DNA of 64,000 bases, taken from positions 1,472,001 to 1,536,000 of the forward strand of contig OZ255842.1 of NCBI GenBank assembly GCA_965277805.1, given 5' to 3'. The stretch is from Candidatus Lustribacter sp. GTDB lineage: Bacteria; Vulcanimicrobiota; Vulcanimicrobiia; Vulcanimicrobiales; Vulcanimicrobiaceae. Under the pieces are notes generated by a model. That model was not told where the DNA came from and made no database searches. It worked only from the letters and a program-made list of their open reading frames with translations. Positions 1-10,793 of the stretch are shown piece after piece. Both the position numbers and the translations under genes were made by a program. Positions within the stretch are counted from its first letter, which is position 1. Each line of letters starts with the position of its first letter.

Positions 1-38
1 CACGGACGCGTGCTGCCGCGCGACGAAGCCGTACACTC

Positions 39-1139
39 GTGAAGCCGGGGAAGAAGTACCAAACCAAGCGCGCCGCGCTTTTGCTCGCCGACGGGACCCG
101 TTTTGAAGGCGACGGTCTCGGCCCCGACGCGACGGCCCTGGGCGAAGCCGTGTTCTACACCGGCATGACCGGCTATGAAGAGGCGCTGACGGATCCGTCG
201 TACGCCGGCCAAATCCTCACATTCACCTATCCGCTGATCGGCAACTACGGCGTCTCGCGGTCGGTCTCGCAGCACCCGCACGCAACCACCGCCGGCTGCG
301 TCATGAAGCACCTCGCGCGCCGGCCGTCGCACTTCGAGAACGTGATCGATCTCGGCACCTGGCTCGAAGAGCAGGCCGTCCCGACGATCGTCGGCGTCGA
401 CACGCGCGCGCTGACGATCGCGCTGCGCGAACACGGCACGATCGGCGCCGCGCTCGCGGTGGGCGACAAAGCCGTCGCCGGCGTCGATGCGACGCTGGCC
501 GACTACGTGCGCACGATGACGACGTCCGGTCTCGTCGAGAGCGTGGCCGATGCGTATCGCGTGGGTGAGTCGATCGGCCACGGCAGCACGCACGTCGTGC
601 TGCTTGATTGCGGCGTCAAGCGCGCGATCATTCGCGAACTCGAGGCACTCGATGCGCGCGTCACCGTGCTGCCGTTCGGCGCGACGCGCGATGAGATCAA
701 CGTCTACAATCCCGATGCGATCGTGATCTCGCCGGGTCCCGGCGATCCGCGCGACCTGCCCGGTACCGTCGAGACGCTGCGCGGGTTCGTCGGCGAGGTG
801 CCGATGTTCGGCGTGTGTCTGGGCCACCAGTTGCTGGCGCTGGCGTGCGGGGCGCAGACGTTCAAGCTGCCCTACGGCCATCGCGGCGGCAATCAGCCGG
901 TCAAGGACGTCCTCAACGACGAGGTACTGATCACCGCGCACAACCACGGCTACTCCGTCGACGGCGCGACGCTGCCGGATCACCTCGAAGCAACGATGGT
1001 TAACCTCAACGACGGCACGAACGAGGGCTTCCGCCACCGCACGCTGCCGATCGCCGCGGTGCAGTTCCATCCCGAGGCTTCGCCGGGCCCGTTCGACGCG
1101 CGTGGACTATTCCGGGGCTGGTTGGATTCGCTGCGCTGA
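39..1139 (+). CDS. carA: Carbamoyl-phosphate synthase small subunit
   Basis: GEAVFYTGMTGYEEALTDPSYAGQI N-terminus; GATase motifs SPGPGDP, GVCLGHQ (catalytic Cys) and QFHPE. Confidence 0.97.
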   Translation: MKPGKKYQTKRAALLLADGTRFEGDGLGPDATALGEAVFYTGMTGYEEALTDPSYAGQILTFTYPLIGNYGVSRSVSQHPHATTAGCVMKHLARRPSHFENVIDLGTWLEEQAVPTIVGVDTRALTIALREHGTIGAALAVGDKAVAGVDATLADYVRTMTTSGLVESVADAYRVGESIGHGSTHVVLLDCGVKRAIIRELEALDARVTVLPFGATRDEINVYNPDAIVISPGPGDPRDLPGTVETLRGFVGEVPMFGVCLGHQLLALACGAQTFKLPYGHRGGNQPVKDVLNDEVLITAHNHGYSVDGATLPDHLEATMVNLNDGTNEGFRHRTLPIAAVQFHPEASPGPFDARGLFRGWLDSLR

Positions 1140-2019
1140 GCGCGCGGCATTCGTTTGCGCCGCGCTGCTCGCGTTTGCGCCGGCCGCGGCACAGGCCCAA
1201 AACCTGCCGGTGCTGCGCATCACCGCGCTCGGACTGCACGCCGACCAGCGCGTCGTGCGGCCCGGGCAGTCGTTTCACGTGACCGTTCACGTACACATCC
1301 GCGAGAAGCGCGACCGCCTGGACGAACTCGTGCTGCCGGCCTTGACCAACGCCGTCGATCTCGGTGACGAGCGCCGGCGCGTCCCGGCCCATGACGGCAC
1401 CGACTTCTACGAAACGCTGACGGTCGCGGCGCAAACGGTCGGCACGGCGTCGTTCACGCCGGCGTACATCGATGCGATCGATCCGGCGACCGGCCGCGGC
1501 ATGCGCTACTCCTCGCAACCGCTGAGCGTGCGCGTCGCGTTGGGAACGACCGTCTCGGATGCCGACTCCGGCGCGCTTATGGCGCTCTTGCGCAAGGCCG
1601 CGCTCACGGTGGCCGCCATCGCAGTCATGCTCGCGGTCGTCATCGTGGGGCTCGTGCGCCTCGCACGCCGTCCGAAGCGCGTGGTCTACGCGACTCCGCC
1701 CGTGCCGCCGCCGGCGCCGCGCAAGTCCGGACCGCCGCCCGATCCGTTGCGTGAAGCGCTGCGCGTCTATCGCGCGCGCGCCGATGACGAATCGCTCGAT
1801 GCGTTGCGTAACATACTGTTCACGCGCGCCGGCGCGGGTCCCGGCGCGACCTTCGCCGATGCGTTGCGTGCGCTCGGGACGCGCGATCCCGAACTCGGCC
1901 GCGTGATGGCGGTGGCGGAGCGCGCGCGCTTCGGTCCGGTCCACGAACGCGCGCCCGCTGCCCGCGACTTGCTCACGCTGATGGACGCGTACCTCGCCGC
2001 GCGCCAGCCCGTCGCGTGA
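1102..2019 (+). CDS. BatD-like exported/membrane protein of the MoxR-VWA module (start uncertain)
   Basis: Signal-peptide-like N-terminus (AAAQA), beta-rich domain ending YSSQPLSVRV, one TM helix, Pro-rich linker; GTGA overlap with moxR. Confidence 0.55.
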   Translation: MDYSGAGWIRCAERAAFVCAALLAFAPAAAQAQNLPVLRITALGLHADQRVVRPGQSFHVTVHVHIREKRDRLDELVLPALTNAVDLGDERRRVPAHDGTDFYETLTVAAQTVGTASFTPAYIDAIDPATGRGMRYSSQPLSVRVALGTTVSDADSGALMALLRKAALTVAAIAVMLAVVIVGLVRLARRPKRVVYATPPVPPPAPRKSGPPPDPLREALRVYRARADDESLDALRNILFTRAGAGPGATFADALRALGTRDPELGRVMAVAERARFGPVHERAPAARDLLTLMDAYLAARQPVA

Positions 2020-2933
2020 GCACGCCGCACGAGGTCCGCGATGCGCTCGCGCGCACGATCGTCGGACAGCGCGAAGTGGTCGATGCGCTCGTGATGGGAC
2101 TGCTCGCCGACGGCCACGTGCTGCTCGAGGGCATGCCCGGTGTGGCGAAGACCTTAGCCTGCCGCGCGCTCGCGGCCGCCGTCGGGGGAATCTTCAAGCG
2201 CGTGCAGTTCACGCCCGACTTGCTGCCCAGCGACATCATCGGCACGCGAGTGTTCGATCAGCGCAGCGGCGAGTTCGTCACCGTGCGCGGTCCGCTCTTC
2301 GCGAACATCGTGCTGGCGGACGAAATCAACCGGGCGCCGGCGAAGGTGCAATCGGCGCTGCTCGAAGGGATGCAGGAGCGGCGCGCGACGATCGGGCCCG
2401 ATACGCTGCCGCTGCCGCGTCCGTTTGCCGTGCTCGCCACGATGAACCCGTTCGATGCCGACGGCACGTACGCGCTGCCGCTGGCGCAGCTCGACCGGTT
2501 CTTGCTCAACGTGCGCGTCGGCTATCCCTCGCGCGAAGACGAGCGCACGATCGTCGACCGTTTCTCGGCCGAGACGGCGGAACCGGAACGCGATATCGCG
2601 ACGCTCGCCGACGTCGAGCGCTGGCAAGTGGAAGTACGCGCGGTGCATCTCAACGATCGCGTGCGCGACTATGCCGTGGATCTCGTGCGCGCCACGCGCG
2701 GCGCGCGCTACGTCGCCTCGGGCGCATCGCCGCGTGCAGCGCTCGCGCTGGCGATCCTGGCGCGTGCGCGGGCGTACTTGGACGGCCGATCGTTCGCCGT
2801 CCCCGATGACGTGCGCGAGCTCGCGCCGGGTGTATTGCGGCATCGCGTTGCGTTCGACTACCGGCTCGCCATTGACGGCGGAGACGGCGACACCGTGCTC
2901 GCGGAGATCGTCGCGAGCGTGCCGGCGCCGTGA
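2016..2933 (+). CDS. moxR: MoxR-family AAA+ ATPase
   Basis: GHVLLEGMPGVAKT Walker A, RVQFTPDLLPSDIIG, LADEINRAPAKVQSALLE Walker B, GTYALPLAQLDRF. Confidence 0.93.
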   Translation: MSTPHEVRDALARTIVGQREVVDALVMGLLADGHVLLEGMPGVAKTLACRALAAAVGGIFKRVQFTPDLLPSDIIGTRVFDQRSGEFVTVRGPLFANIVLADEINRAPAKVQSALLEGMQERRATIGPDTLPLPRPFAVLATMNPFDADGTYALPLAQLDRFLLNVRVGYPSREDERTIVDRFSAETAEPERDIATLADVERWQVEVRAVHLNDRVRDYAVDLVRATRGARYVASGASPRAALALAILARARAYLDGRSFAVPDDVRELAPGVLRHRVAFDYRLAIDGGDGDTVLAEIVASVPAP

Positions 2934-3724
2934 ACCCGCTGCGGGCGGCGATCGTACGCGGCGCGCGCCACGTCTACGCCGGCGGCACGGTCGCGCGCGG
3001 CGCCCGGCCGGGCGACGGGTACGTGTTCGACCGCTTGCGCGGTTACGCCGAAGGCGACGACCCGCGTCGCATCGACTGGTCGGCGACCGCGCGCATCGGT
3101 TCGCTGCAGACGCGCGTCTATCTCGAAGAGACCGTGCTGGTGCTGGGCGCGCTGGTCGATGAGTCGCCCTCGATGCGGCTCGGACGCAAGCGCGCGCTGA
3201 GCACGGCGGCCGAAGAAGCGGTGCGCGCGTGGTTCGGCGCGGCCGAAAATACGGACCGGGCGGGCCGCATCGTGGACGAACGCCTGATCGGCGATCGCCG
3301 CGCGACCGTCGACGTGCGTGCAAACGGGCCGTTCGATTTGCGCCGTTCGCTCGAACTGGCCGTGCGCGCGCTGCCGCAGGGCAGCTCGTTCTTGCTGATC
3401 ACCGACGGGCTCGACATCGCCGGCGAAACGTTCGCCGACGTGCTGCTGCGCAGCGCGCGGCGATTCGACGCAACCGTACTGCTGGCGCGCGATCCGTGGA
3501 TCGACGGCTTGCCGTTGCGCGGATTCGTGCGCATCCGCGATGCCGAGAGCGGCCGTTCGCGACGCGTGTTCGTCGGGCCGCGCACGCGCGAACGCTATCG
3601 GAAGGCGAGCGCCGAACGCGACGCGGCGATTCGCGCAGCCTTCGAGCGCGCGCGCTGGCGCATCGGAACGCTCGATGAAGCCGACGGTGCGAGCTCGCTC
3701 GAGCGTGCGTTCGGCCTGCGATGA
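2930..3724 (+). CDS. DUF58 domain protein
   Basis: LRGYAEGDDPRRIDWSATAR motif, DESPSM, ITDG; canonical position after moxR. Confidence 0.88.
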   Translation: MNPLRAAIVRGARHVYAGGTVARGARPGDGYVFDRLRGYAEGDDPRRIDWSATARIGSLQTRVYLEETVLVLGALVDESPSMRLGRKRALSTAAEEAVRAWFGAAENTDRAGRIVDERLIGDRRATVDVRANGPFDLRRSLELAVRALPQGSSFLLITDGLDIAGETFADVLLRSARRFDATVLLARDPWIDGLPLRGFVRIRDAESGRSRRVFVGPRTRERYRKASAERDAAIRAAFERARWRIGTLDEADGASSLERAFGLR

Positions 3725-4644
3725 CGTTCGCCCACCCGCTCTTTCTCGTGCTGGCGGTCGTCGTCGCCGCGGCGTTCGCCGCGATCGTCGCAGCCGGCGC
3801 GCGACGCTCGCGCGGCGTGGCGCTCGCGTACTCCGATCTGGCGTTTCTCGAGAGCACGATCGGGCGCGCGCCACCGTGGACCGCGATCTTCGCCGGCGTC
3901 TGGGTGCTCGCGCTCCTGTGCGCGGGGATTGCGGTCGCGCGTCCCGCCGTCGTCGCGACCGTGCCGGTGCACGACGCGGCGATCGTGCTCTGCATCGATA
4001 CCTCCGGTTCGATGGCCTCGACCGACGTCGCGCCGACGCGTTCGCAAGCCTCGCGCGATGCCGCGCTCACCTTCATCAACGGCGTCCCGGACGGGACGCG
4101 CATCGGCCTCGTCGCCTTCGCCGCGCAAGCCTTTCCGCTCGGCCCGTTGAGCGACGACCGCGCTGCGGTGCGCGATGCACTGGGCCGCTTGCCCGAACCC
4201 AACGGTGGTACCGCGATCGGCGATGCGCTGGCCGAAGCCGCGCGCTTGTTGCCGCCGGGCGGGCGGAGGGCGATCGTGCTCGTTACCGACGGCGTGAACA
4301 ACGCCGGCAGCGATCCGCTCGCGGTCGCGTCCGAGATCGGTGCGCGAGGCGTCACGATCTTCACGATCGGGATCGGCACCAACGGCAGCGGGCTCGAGAT
4401 TCCCGGCACCGGCGACGAAGCGGAGTTGGATGAAGATGCACTGCGTTCGATTGCCGCCTCCGGAAACGGCACCTACTCGCGCGTGAGCGATGCGGATGCG
4501 CTGACGCGCCGCCTCGGCAGCCTGGCGCGCGCCACGATCGACGAACGCCGCCGCATCGATCTGACCGAGCAATTCGCGCTGGCCGCCGGCGTGCTGGCGT
4601 TCGGGGCCACGCTCGGCGCGCTCGCCCTCGGCCGGTTTCCATGA
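3721..4644 (+). CDS. BatA-like VWA domain membrane protein
   Basis: MTFAHP N-terminus with TM helices, VARP, MIDAS DTSGSM / GGTAIGDA / VTDG, C-terminal TM. Confidence 0.9.
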   Translation: MTFAHPLFLVLAVVVAAAFAAIVAAGARRSRGVALAYSDLAFLESTIGRAPPWTAIFAGVWVLALLCAGIAVARPAVVATVPVHDAAIVLCIDTSGSMASTDVAPTRSQASRDAALTFINGVPDGTRIGLVAFAAQAFPLGPLSDDRAAVRDALGRLPEPNGGTAIGDALAEAARLLPPGGRRAIVLVTDGVNNAGSDPLAVASEIGARGVTIFTIGIGTNGSGLEIPGTGDEAELDEDALRSIAASGNGTYSRVSDADALTRRLGSLARATIDERRRIDLTEQFALAAGVLAFGATLGALALGRFP

Positions 4645-5297
4645 AAAAGGGTTCAATGAGCGATCCGTTTATCGACACGCGGCATAGCTACGATCGCGAC
4701 ACGCTCGATGAGTCGCGCGCGGCGGACGAGCCGTTCGCGCAGTTCCGTAGCTGGATCGGCGACGCGCTCGCGGCCGAGGTGATCGAGCCCAACGCGATGA
4801 CGCTGGCAACCGTAAACGCCGATGGAAATCCTGCCGCGCGCATCGTTTTGTTGCGCGGGTGGGACGAGCGCGGCTTCGTGTTCTTTACGAATTACGAATC
4901 GAGCAAAGGCCGCGAGATCGCCGCCAACCCGTCCGCGGCACTGGTGCTCTTTTGGGCGAAGCTCGAGCGGCAAGTGCGTATCAACGGCCGGGTGGAGATC
5001 TTGCGCGCCGAAGAGTCGGATGCGTACTTCGCCAAGCGCCCGCGCGGCAGCCGCGTGAGCGCATGGGCGTCACCGCAAAGCCAAGTCATTCCCGGGCGTG
5101 ACGTGCTCGAACGCAGGATGGACGAGATCGAGGCGCGCTTTGCGGGCGGCGACGTACCGCGGCCGCCGTTTTGGGGCGGCTACCGCGTCGTTCCCGAGCG
5201 CATCGAGTTTTGGCAGGGCCGGCCGAACCGCGCGCACGACCGGATCTGCTACAGCACGAGCGCCGGCGGCTGGACGCGCGAGCGCCTAGCGCCGTGA
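4641..5297 (+). CDS. pdxH: Pyridoxine/pyridoxamine 5'-phosphate oxidase
   Basis: [60 protein letters not shown]. Confidence 0.96.
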   Translation: MKKGSMSDPFIDTRHSYDRDTLDESRAADEPFAQFRSWIGDALAAEVIEPNAMTLATVNADGNPAARIVLLRGWDERGFVFFTNYESSKGREIAANPSAALVLFWAKLERQVRINGRVEILRAEESDAYFAKRPRGSRVSAWASPQSQVIPGRDVLERRMDEIEARFAGGDVPRPPFWGGYRVVPERIEFWQGRPNRAHDRICYSTSAGGWTRERLAP

Positions 5298-5983
5298 GCG
5301 CGGTCTTCATCGCCGGGGCCACCGGCGTGATCGGCGCGCGCCTCACGCCGCTGTTGCTGGCGGCCGGCTACGACGTGCACGCACTCACGCGCGATCCCGA
5401 AAAGGCGCGCAACCTGGAAACGCGCGGCGTGCACGCGACGGTCGGCGACATCTTCGACGCCGGCGCGGTGCGCGACGCCTTGGCGCGCGCGCAGCCCGAA
5501 CTCGTCATTCACCAGCTCACCGACTTGCCGCATGCACGCCACGAGCGCGGCGATCCGGCCGCGCTGGCGCGCAACGCCCGCATTCGTATCGAAGGCACGC
5601 AGCATCTCGTCGATGCGGCGCTTGCGGGTGGGGCGCAGCGCATGCTGGCCCAGAGCATCGCCTTTGCGTATGCCGACGGTCGCGAGCCGCACGTGGAGAG
5701 CGACCCGCTCGATCCGGCGACGCGCGGCTCGGTGATCGCGCTCGAGCGCCTGGTGCTGGAGTCGCCGCCGCTGATCGGTACCGTGCTGCGCTACGGCTCG
5801 CTCTACGGCCCCGGCACCTGGTTCGACACGGCGACCGGTAACGTTCCGGTTCAGATCGACGCGGCGGTCCGGGCGACGATGCTTGCAATCGAGCGTGGCG
5901 CGACCGGCGTGTTCAACATCGCCGAGGAGCGCGGCTGCGTCGACGCGGGCCGCGCAAGAAACCTGCTCGGATGGCGGCCCTAG
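5294..5983 (+). CDS. NAD-dependent epimerase/dehydratase (atypical SDR)
   Basis: GTG start overlapping pdx[14 protein letters not shown] Rossmann motif, [18 protein letters not shown]. Confidence 0.85.
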   Translation: MSAVFIAGATGVIGARLTPLLLAAGYDVHALTRDPEKARNLETRGVHATVGDIFDAGAVRDALARAQPELVIHQLTDLPHARHERGDPAALARNARIRIEGTQHLVDAALAGGAQRMLAQSIAFAYADGREPHVESDPLDPATRGSVIALERLVLESPPLIGTVLRYGSLYGPGTWFDTATGNVPVQIDAAVRATMLAIERGATGVFNIAEERGCVDAGRARNLLGWRP

Positions 5984-6057
5984 GCGCAGGGCAATTGCGG
6001 GCGTCACCCAAGAGTACCGACGCCCGTTGAGCGGGCTCATTAAAGAGAGGGTTGCCC

Positions 6058-7224
6058 ATGCTCGTGCGCCGTCTAACTATCATCGGCATCGCCATGGCGA
6101 TGTGTCTCGTTCCCGCGTTGCGCGCGTTCGCCGCGGATCCGTACGACATCGACGTCGTGCTGCCGATCACCGGGACGTTTGCCTTCGTCGGCACGACGCA
6201 CCAAAAAGAGCTGCAAGTGCTCGAGGGCGTCGTCAACAAACAGGGCGGCATCAAGGGCCGCCCGGTGCATTTCGTCTTTCACGACGACACGAGCAACCCC
6301 GAGACATCGCTGCAGATCCACCAGGCGATCCTAGCCAAACATCCGGCCGTCGTACTGGGTTCCTCGCTCGGGGCGCTCTGCCAGGCCACCACCCCGCTCT
6401 ATCTCACGAACGGGCCGGTGAACTATTGCTTCTCGCCGGTGATTCCGACGACGAAGGGCAGCTACGTGTTCTCGGCGAGCGTTAGCGGCCGCGACCTCAT
6501 CTACGCCACGATCCGTTACTTCCACGGTAAGGGCTACAAGAAGATCGCGACGTTGAACACGACCGACGCGTCGGGCCAGATCGGGGATCGCGACATCGCG
6601 TCCGTCATGCAAGAGCCCGAATTCAAAGACATGACGCTGCTGACCGCCGAGCACTTCAGCGCCGCGGATACGAGCGTGACGGCGCAAGTCTCGAAGATCA
6701 AAGCGCTCGGGCCGCAGGCGATCATCATCTGGGCACCGGGAACGGCGTTCGGCACGGCGCTGCACGCGGTCACGGACATCGGGCTCAACGTTCCCGTCGC
6801 CACGACGAGCGCTAATATGATCATCGCGCAGATGAAATCGTACGCCTCGTTCGTTCCGAGGGACGTGCTCTTCCAAGGCGTGCCGTACGTCGCCGGGGCC
6901 GCACATAAGGACTCGCCGGCGATGGCCGCCTACGCCGCCGCGATGAAGGACAACAACATGCCGCAAGATTTCCAGACCGGCATGGCCTGGGATCCGGCGA
7001 TGGTCGTCATCGACGCGCTGCGCAAGATCGGACCCGACGCGACCGCCGCGCAACTGCACACCTATCTCGAAGGCTTGCACGACTACACCGGCATCACCGG
7101 GACCTACGACTTCCGCGACGGCAGCCAGCGCGGCCTCGGCGTCGACTCGACGCTGATCATGCGCTGGGATCCCGACAAGAACGACTTCGTGAGCGTCAGT
7201 AAGGCCGGCGGAGCACCGATGTAA
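6058..7224 (+). CDS. LivJ-type (Peripla_BP_6) ABC substrate-binding protein
   Basis: GAGAGG RBS 7 nt before ATG; signal peptide; VNKQGGIKGRP, DDTSNP, GITGTYDF motifs. Confidence 0.88.
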   Translation: MLVRRLTIIGIAMAMCLVPALRAFAADPYDIDVVLPITGTFAFVGTTHQKELQVLEGVVNKQGGIKGRPVHFVFHDDTSNPETSLQIHQAILAKHPAVVLGSSLGALCQATTPLYLTNGPVNYCFSPVIPTTKGSYVFSASVSGRDLIYATIRYFHGKGYKKIATLNTTDASGQIGDRDIASVMQEPEFKDMTLLTAEHFSAADTSVTAQVSKIKALGPQAIIIWAPGTAFGTALHAVTDIGLNVPVATTSANMIIAQMKSYASFVPRDVLFQGVPYVAGAAHKDSPAMAAYAAAMKDNNMPQDFQTGMAWDPAMVVIDALRKIGPDATAAQLHTYLEGLHDYTGITGTYDFRDGSQRGLGVDSTLIMRWDPDKNDFVSVSKAGGAPM

Positions 7225-7248
7225 TCGTTTCGGCACTGTTTTTACGCA

Positions 7249-8394
7249 ATGCTGGTAAAGCACCGTTCTTCCCATGACCGCATGGCGATGTACAACCGCA
7301 ACAAGCTCAAGCTGGGCTTGTTCGGTGCGAATTGCTCGTCCGGGCGGGCTGCGACGCGGGTTCCGGAGCGGTGGTCGGGCTCGTGGGAAGACAACCTGCG
7401 GATGGCACAACTCGCGGATGCGGCCGGCATCGACTTTTTGCTGCCGATCGGGCGCTGGCGAGGCTACGGGGGCGAAACGAACTTCGAGGGCTCGACGTAC
7501 GAGACGATCACCTGGGCGTGCGGGCTGCTCGCGGCAACCGAACGAATCCACGTGTTCGGGACCGTTCACGCGCCGCTGCTTCACCCGGTGTTTGCCGCGA
7601 AGCAAATGGTGACGGCCGACCACATGGGCCGCGGCCGCTTCGGCCTCAACATCGTCTGCGGCTGGAACGTGGACGAGTTTGCCATGTTCGGGGTCGATCC
7701 CAAGGCGCACGACGCGCGTTACCAGCACGGTGAAGAATGGATTCGTGCCATCTACGAGATGTGGGATTCGCCCGAAGCGTTCGATTTCGAAGGCGAATAT
7801 TTCTCACTCAAGCGCGTCGTATCGGATCCGAAGCCCTACGGCGGGACTCGGCCGATCGTCATGAATGCCGCTTTCTCGCCGGCCGGACGCGAGTTCGCCT
7901 ATCGCAACTGCGACTTCTTGTTCACGCTGCTGCGCGATCACGCGCAGGGCGCCGACGCGGTTGCACAAACGCGGGCTGGCGCGCAAGCATACGGACGCGA
8001 CGTCGGGGTCTTCACCCCAGGGTACATCGTCTGCCGTCCGACGCGTAAAGAGGCCGAAGATTACCATCGCTATTATGCCGAGGAGAACGGCGACTGGGAA
8101 GCGGTGGAAGGATTGGTCGGAACCCAGGCGCGCAGCAATTCAAGCGCGCACGACCCCGAGGTGTTCCGGCAATTGAGAATCCGTTACGCGGGCGGACACG
8201 GCGGCTTTCCGCTCATCGGTTCACCCGACGACGTTGCAGCCGAGCTCGCGCAGATCTCGGCCGACGGCTTCGACGGCTACGCATTCTCATTCGTCAACTA
8301 CGTCACCGAATTGCCCTTTTTTGCAGCCGAAGTGCTGCCGCGGCTCGAGCGGCTCGGCGTTCGAGCACCCATGACGTCGGGAGATCCGCATTGA
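7249..8394 (+). CDS. Luciferase-like (LLM class) flavin-dependent monooxygenase (start may be 7282)
   Basis: KLGLFGANCSSG, FLLPIGRWRGYGG, GRFGLNIVCGWN, NAAFSPAGREFA, LIGSPDDVA. Confidence 0.9.
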   Translation: MLVKHRSSHDRMAMYNRNKLKLGLFGANCSSGRAATRVPERWSGSWEDNLRMAQLADAAGIDFLLPIGRWRGYGGETNFEGSTYETITWACGLLAATERIHVFGTVHAPLLHPVFAAKQMVTADHMGRGRFGLNIVCGWNVDEFAMFGVDPKAHDARYQHGEEWIRAIYEMWDSPEAFDFEGEYFSLKRVVSDPKPYGGTRPIVMNAAFSPAGREFAYRNCDFLFTLLRDHAQGADAVAQTRAGAQAYGRDVGVFTPGYIVCRPTRKEAEDYHRYYAEENGDWEAVEGLVGTQARSNSSAHDPEVFRQLRIRYAGGHGGFPLIGSPDDVAAELAQISADGFDGYAFSFVNYVTELPFFAAEVLPRLERLGVRAPMTSGDPH

Positions 8395-9563
8395 ACTTCA
8401 AACGTGCGAGCACCCAGCTGCTGCTGGCGCTCTTCTTGCTCGCGGCGCTCCCCGCACGTGCGGCCGACGAACCCTACGATTTCTACGCGATCCTTTCACT
8501 GACCGGGGCGGCGGCGTTTCTCGGGCACGGCGAACAGGTATCGCTCACGGCCGTCGAGCGCTACGTCAACGCCACCGGCGGGATCAAAGGACGGCCGATC
8601 CACTTCGTGACCGTGGACGATCAATCGAATCCCGCGGTTGCCGTCCAGCTCGCGAATCAAATGTTCGCGCAACACATACCGGCGTTCATCGGGCCGTCGT
8701 TCGGGGCAACGTGCACGGCGCTGCTGCCGCTGGTGAACGACGGGCCGGTCATGTATTGCCTCGCGAACGTCATCCACCCGCCGAACGGCAGCTACGCGTT
8801 TTCGGCCAATCCCTCGACCAAGGATTTCACGGCGGCGGCGTTCCGCTACCTCAAGGCCAAAGGCGTGCGCAAAATCGCGCTGCTGACGTCGACCGACGCG
8901 TCCGGCCAGGACGGTGAGCAAGTCGCGCTTGAAGACCTGCGCAGCCCTGAATTCCGCGACCTGCAACTCGTTGCGAACGAGCATTTCGCGGTGGGCGACC
9001 TCACGGTGAGCGCGCAGGTGGCGCGCATCAAAGCAGCCGGCGCACAGGCGGTCGATGCCTGGACAACCGGCACGCCCTTCGGCACCGTCCTGCGGGGCGT
9101 ACAAGCGGGCGCGTGGGACGGCATCGTGATGACGAACGGCGGAAACATCAACACATCGCAGATGCAGCAGTACGCACAATTCATCCCGCGCGACATGATC
9201 TTCACAGCACCCCCGTACATGTCGCTCGGTATTACTTCGCCCAAGGTGCGGCAAGCGAAGACGACTTATCTCGAACAGATGCACGCGATCGGCGTCGCGG
9301 TCCCGGATCAGACGAACCTCATTGCTTGGGATCCGATGATGATCATGGTGGACGCGCTACGCCACATCGGTCCGTCCGCGACCGCGCTTCAAATGCGCAA
9401 TTACATGCTTACGCTCCACGACTTTGCGGGCATCAACGGCGTCTACGATTTCCGCCGCGGCGATCAGCGCGGCGTCGATCCGCTCTCGAGTCCGATCGTG
9501 AAGTGGGATCCTGCGTCGAGCGAGTTTGTGACCATTAGCAAACCCGGAGGCCTGCCGCTTTAG
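8391..9563 (+). CDS. LivJ-type ABC substrate-binding protein
   Basis: Signal peptide; SLTGAAAFLG, VNATGGIKGRP, DDQSNP, GINGVYDF; paralog of 6058. Confidence 0.88.
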   Translation: MNFKRASTQLLLALFLLAALPARAADEPYDFYAILSLTGAAAFLGHGEQVSLTAVERYVNATGGIKGRPIHFVTVDDQSNPAVAVQLANQMFAQHIPAFIGPSFGATCTALLPLVNDGPVMYCLANVIHPPNGSYAFSANPSTKDFTAAAFRYLKAKGVRKIALLTSTDASGQDGEQVALEDLRSPEFRDLQLVANEHFAVGDLTVSAQVARIKAAGAQAVDAWTTGTPFGTVLRGVQAGAWDGIVMTNGGNINTSQMQQYAQFIPRDMIFTAPPYMSLGITSPKVRQAKTTYLEQMHAIGVAVPDQTNLIAWDPMMIMVDALRHIGPSATALQMRNYMLTLHDFAGINGVYDFRRGDQRGVDPLSSPIVKWDPASSEFVTISKPGGLPL

Positions 9564-9593
9564 GGCAGCCGGAACTCGATCACGAGGTAGACC

Positions 9594-10793
9594 ATGCTCA
9601 ATCAATCCATGCGCCGAGCCGGCGCCGTGCTCGGCGCGTTGCTGCTGACGGCCGCGCTCTGGGGCCCGCCGGCCCGCGCTGCCGACGCACCAAGCGTCGA
9701 CGTCCCGGTCGTCGTGCCGCTCACCGGCGGCGCTGCCTTTCTCGGTCAGACGATGCAGGCCGGGCTGCGTCTCCTCGAGCAACGCGTCAACGCGTCGGGC
9801 GGCATCCGCAACCGGCCGCTGCGCTTCGTGTTCCTCGACGATCAGGGCCAGCCCCAGCTGGCCGTTCAAGTGATGAATCAGCTGCTCGCCCAGCACCCGC
9901 CGGTCATTCTCGCCGGCGCACTCGGCGCGACGTGCAAGAGCGTGATGCCGCTCGTCGAGCAGAACGGGCCGGTCCTCTACTGCTTAACGCCGGCGGTCGT
10001 CCCGGCTTCGGGCAGCTACGTCTTCTCCGCCGGCGTGTATCCGGGCGATGAGGTGCGGGCCGCGTTTCGCTTTTTCCGCGATCGCGGCTGGACGCGGATC
10101 GCGTTTCTCACCTCGACCGACGCGTCCGGCGAAGAAGCCGACGGCAACATGGTGCGGGATTCGCAAGCGCCGGAAAATCGTGCGCTGCAAGTGGTCGCGC
10201 ACGAACGGTTTAATCCGAACGACATTAATGCCGCCGCTCAAGTCGCGCGCATCAAAGCTGCGGGCGCGCAAGCCATGATCCTCTGGGCCAGCCCCGGCGT
10301 GCTGGCAGCGGCGTTTCACTCGATCAACGACGATGGGCTCGACATCCCGGTGCTCGTCAGCGACTCGATCATGAGCTACTCGATCATGGACCAATTCGCT
10401 ACGTTTTTGCCCAAGCAGCTCTACTTCGCGTCGAGCTCGTGGGCCGGCGCCTCGATTCTCGCGCCCGGTCCGCAGCGAACGAATAACCAAGCCGTGTACG
10501 CGGCCTTTCGCGCTGCGAACGTGCCCACCGATACGGGTCCGACGCAACCGTGGGATGCCGCCGCGATCGTCATCGACGCGCTGCGGAAAGCCGGTCCCGA
10601 CGCGGGCGCGCGGGCCGTACGCGACGCGATCGAGAGCCTGCACGGCTACGCCGGCATCATGGGAACGTATGATTTCCGGACCGCCGACCAACGCGGCCTC
10701 ACCGTCAAGGACGTGATGATCTACCAGTGGCTGAAGGACCAGCGCGTCTGGCAGCCGGCGAGCCTCGGCGGCGGCGCGCTGCTACGGCGCTAA
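9594..10793 (+). CDS. LivJ-type ABC substrate-binding protein
   Basis: Signal peptide; PLTGGAAFLG, VNASGGIRNRP, GIMGTYDF; paralog of the two upstream SBPs. Confidence 0.88.
   Translation: MLNQSMRRAGAVLGALLLTAALWGPPARAADAPSVDVPVVVPLTGGAAFLGQTMQAGLRLLEQRVNASGGIRNRPLRFVFLDDQGQPQLAVQVMNQLLAQHPPVILAGALGATCKSVMPLVEQNGPVLYCLTPAVVPASGSYVFSAGVYPGDEVRAAFRFFRDRGWTRIAFLTSTDASGEEADGNMVRDSQAPENRALQVVAHERFNPNDINAAAQVARIKAAGAQAMILWASPGVLAAAFHSINDDGLDIPVLVSDSIMSYSIMDQFATFLPKQLYFASSSWAGASILAPGPQRTNNQAVYAAFRAANVPTDTGPTQPWDAAAIVIDALRKAGPDAGARAVRDAIESLHGYAGIMGTYDFRTADQRGLTVKDVMIYQWLKDQRVWQPASLGGGALLRR

Noticed and set aside
5998-6039. Hairpins CGGGCGTC/GACGCCCG and TGAGC-gg-GCTCA before the first SBP
   Set aside because: No U-tract or recognised riboswitch motif; such stems are common at this GC content
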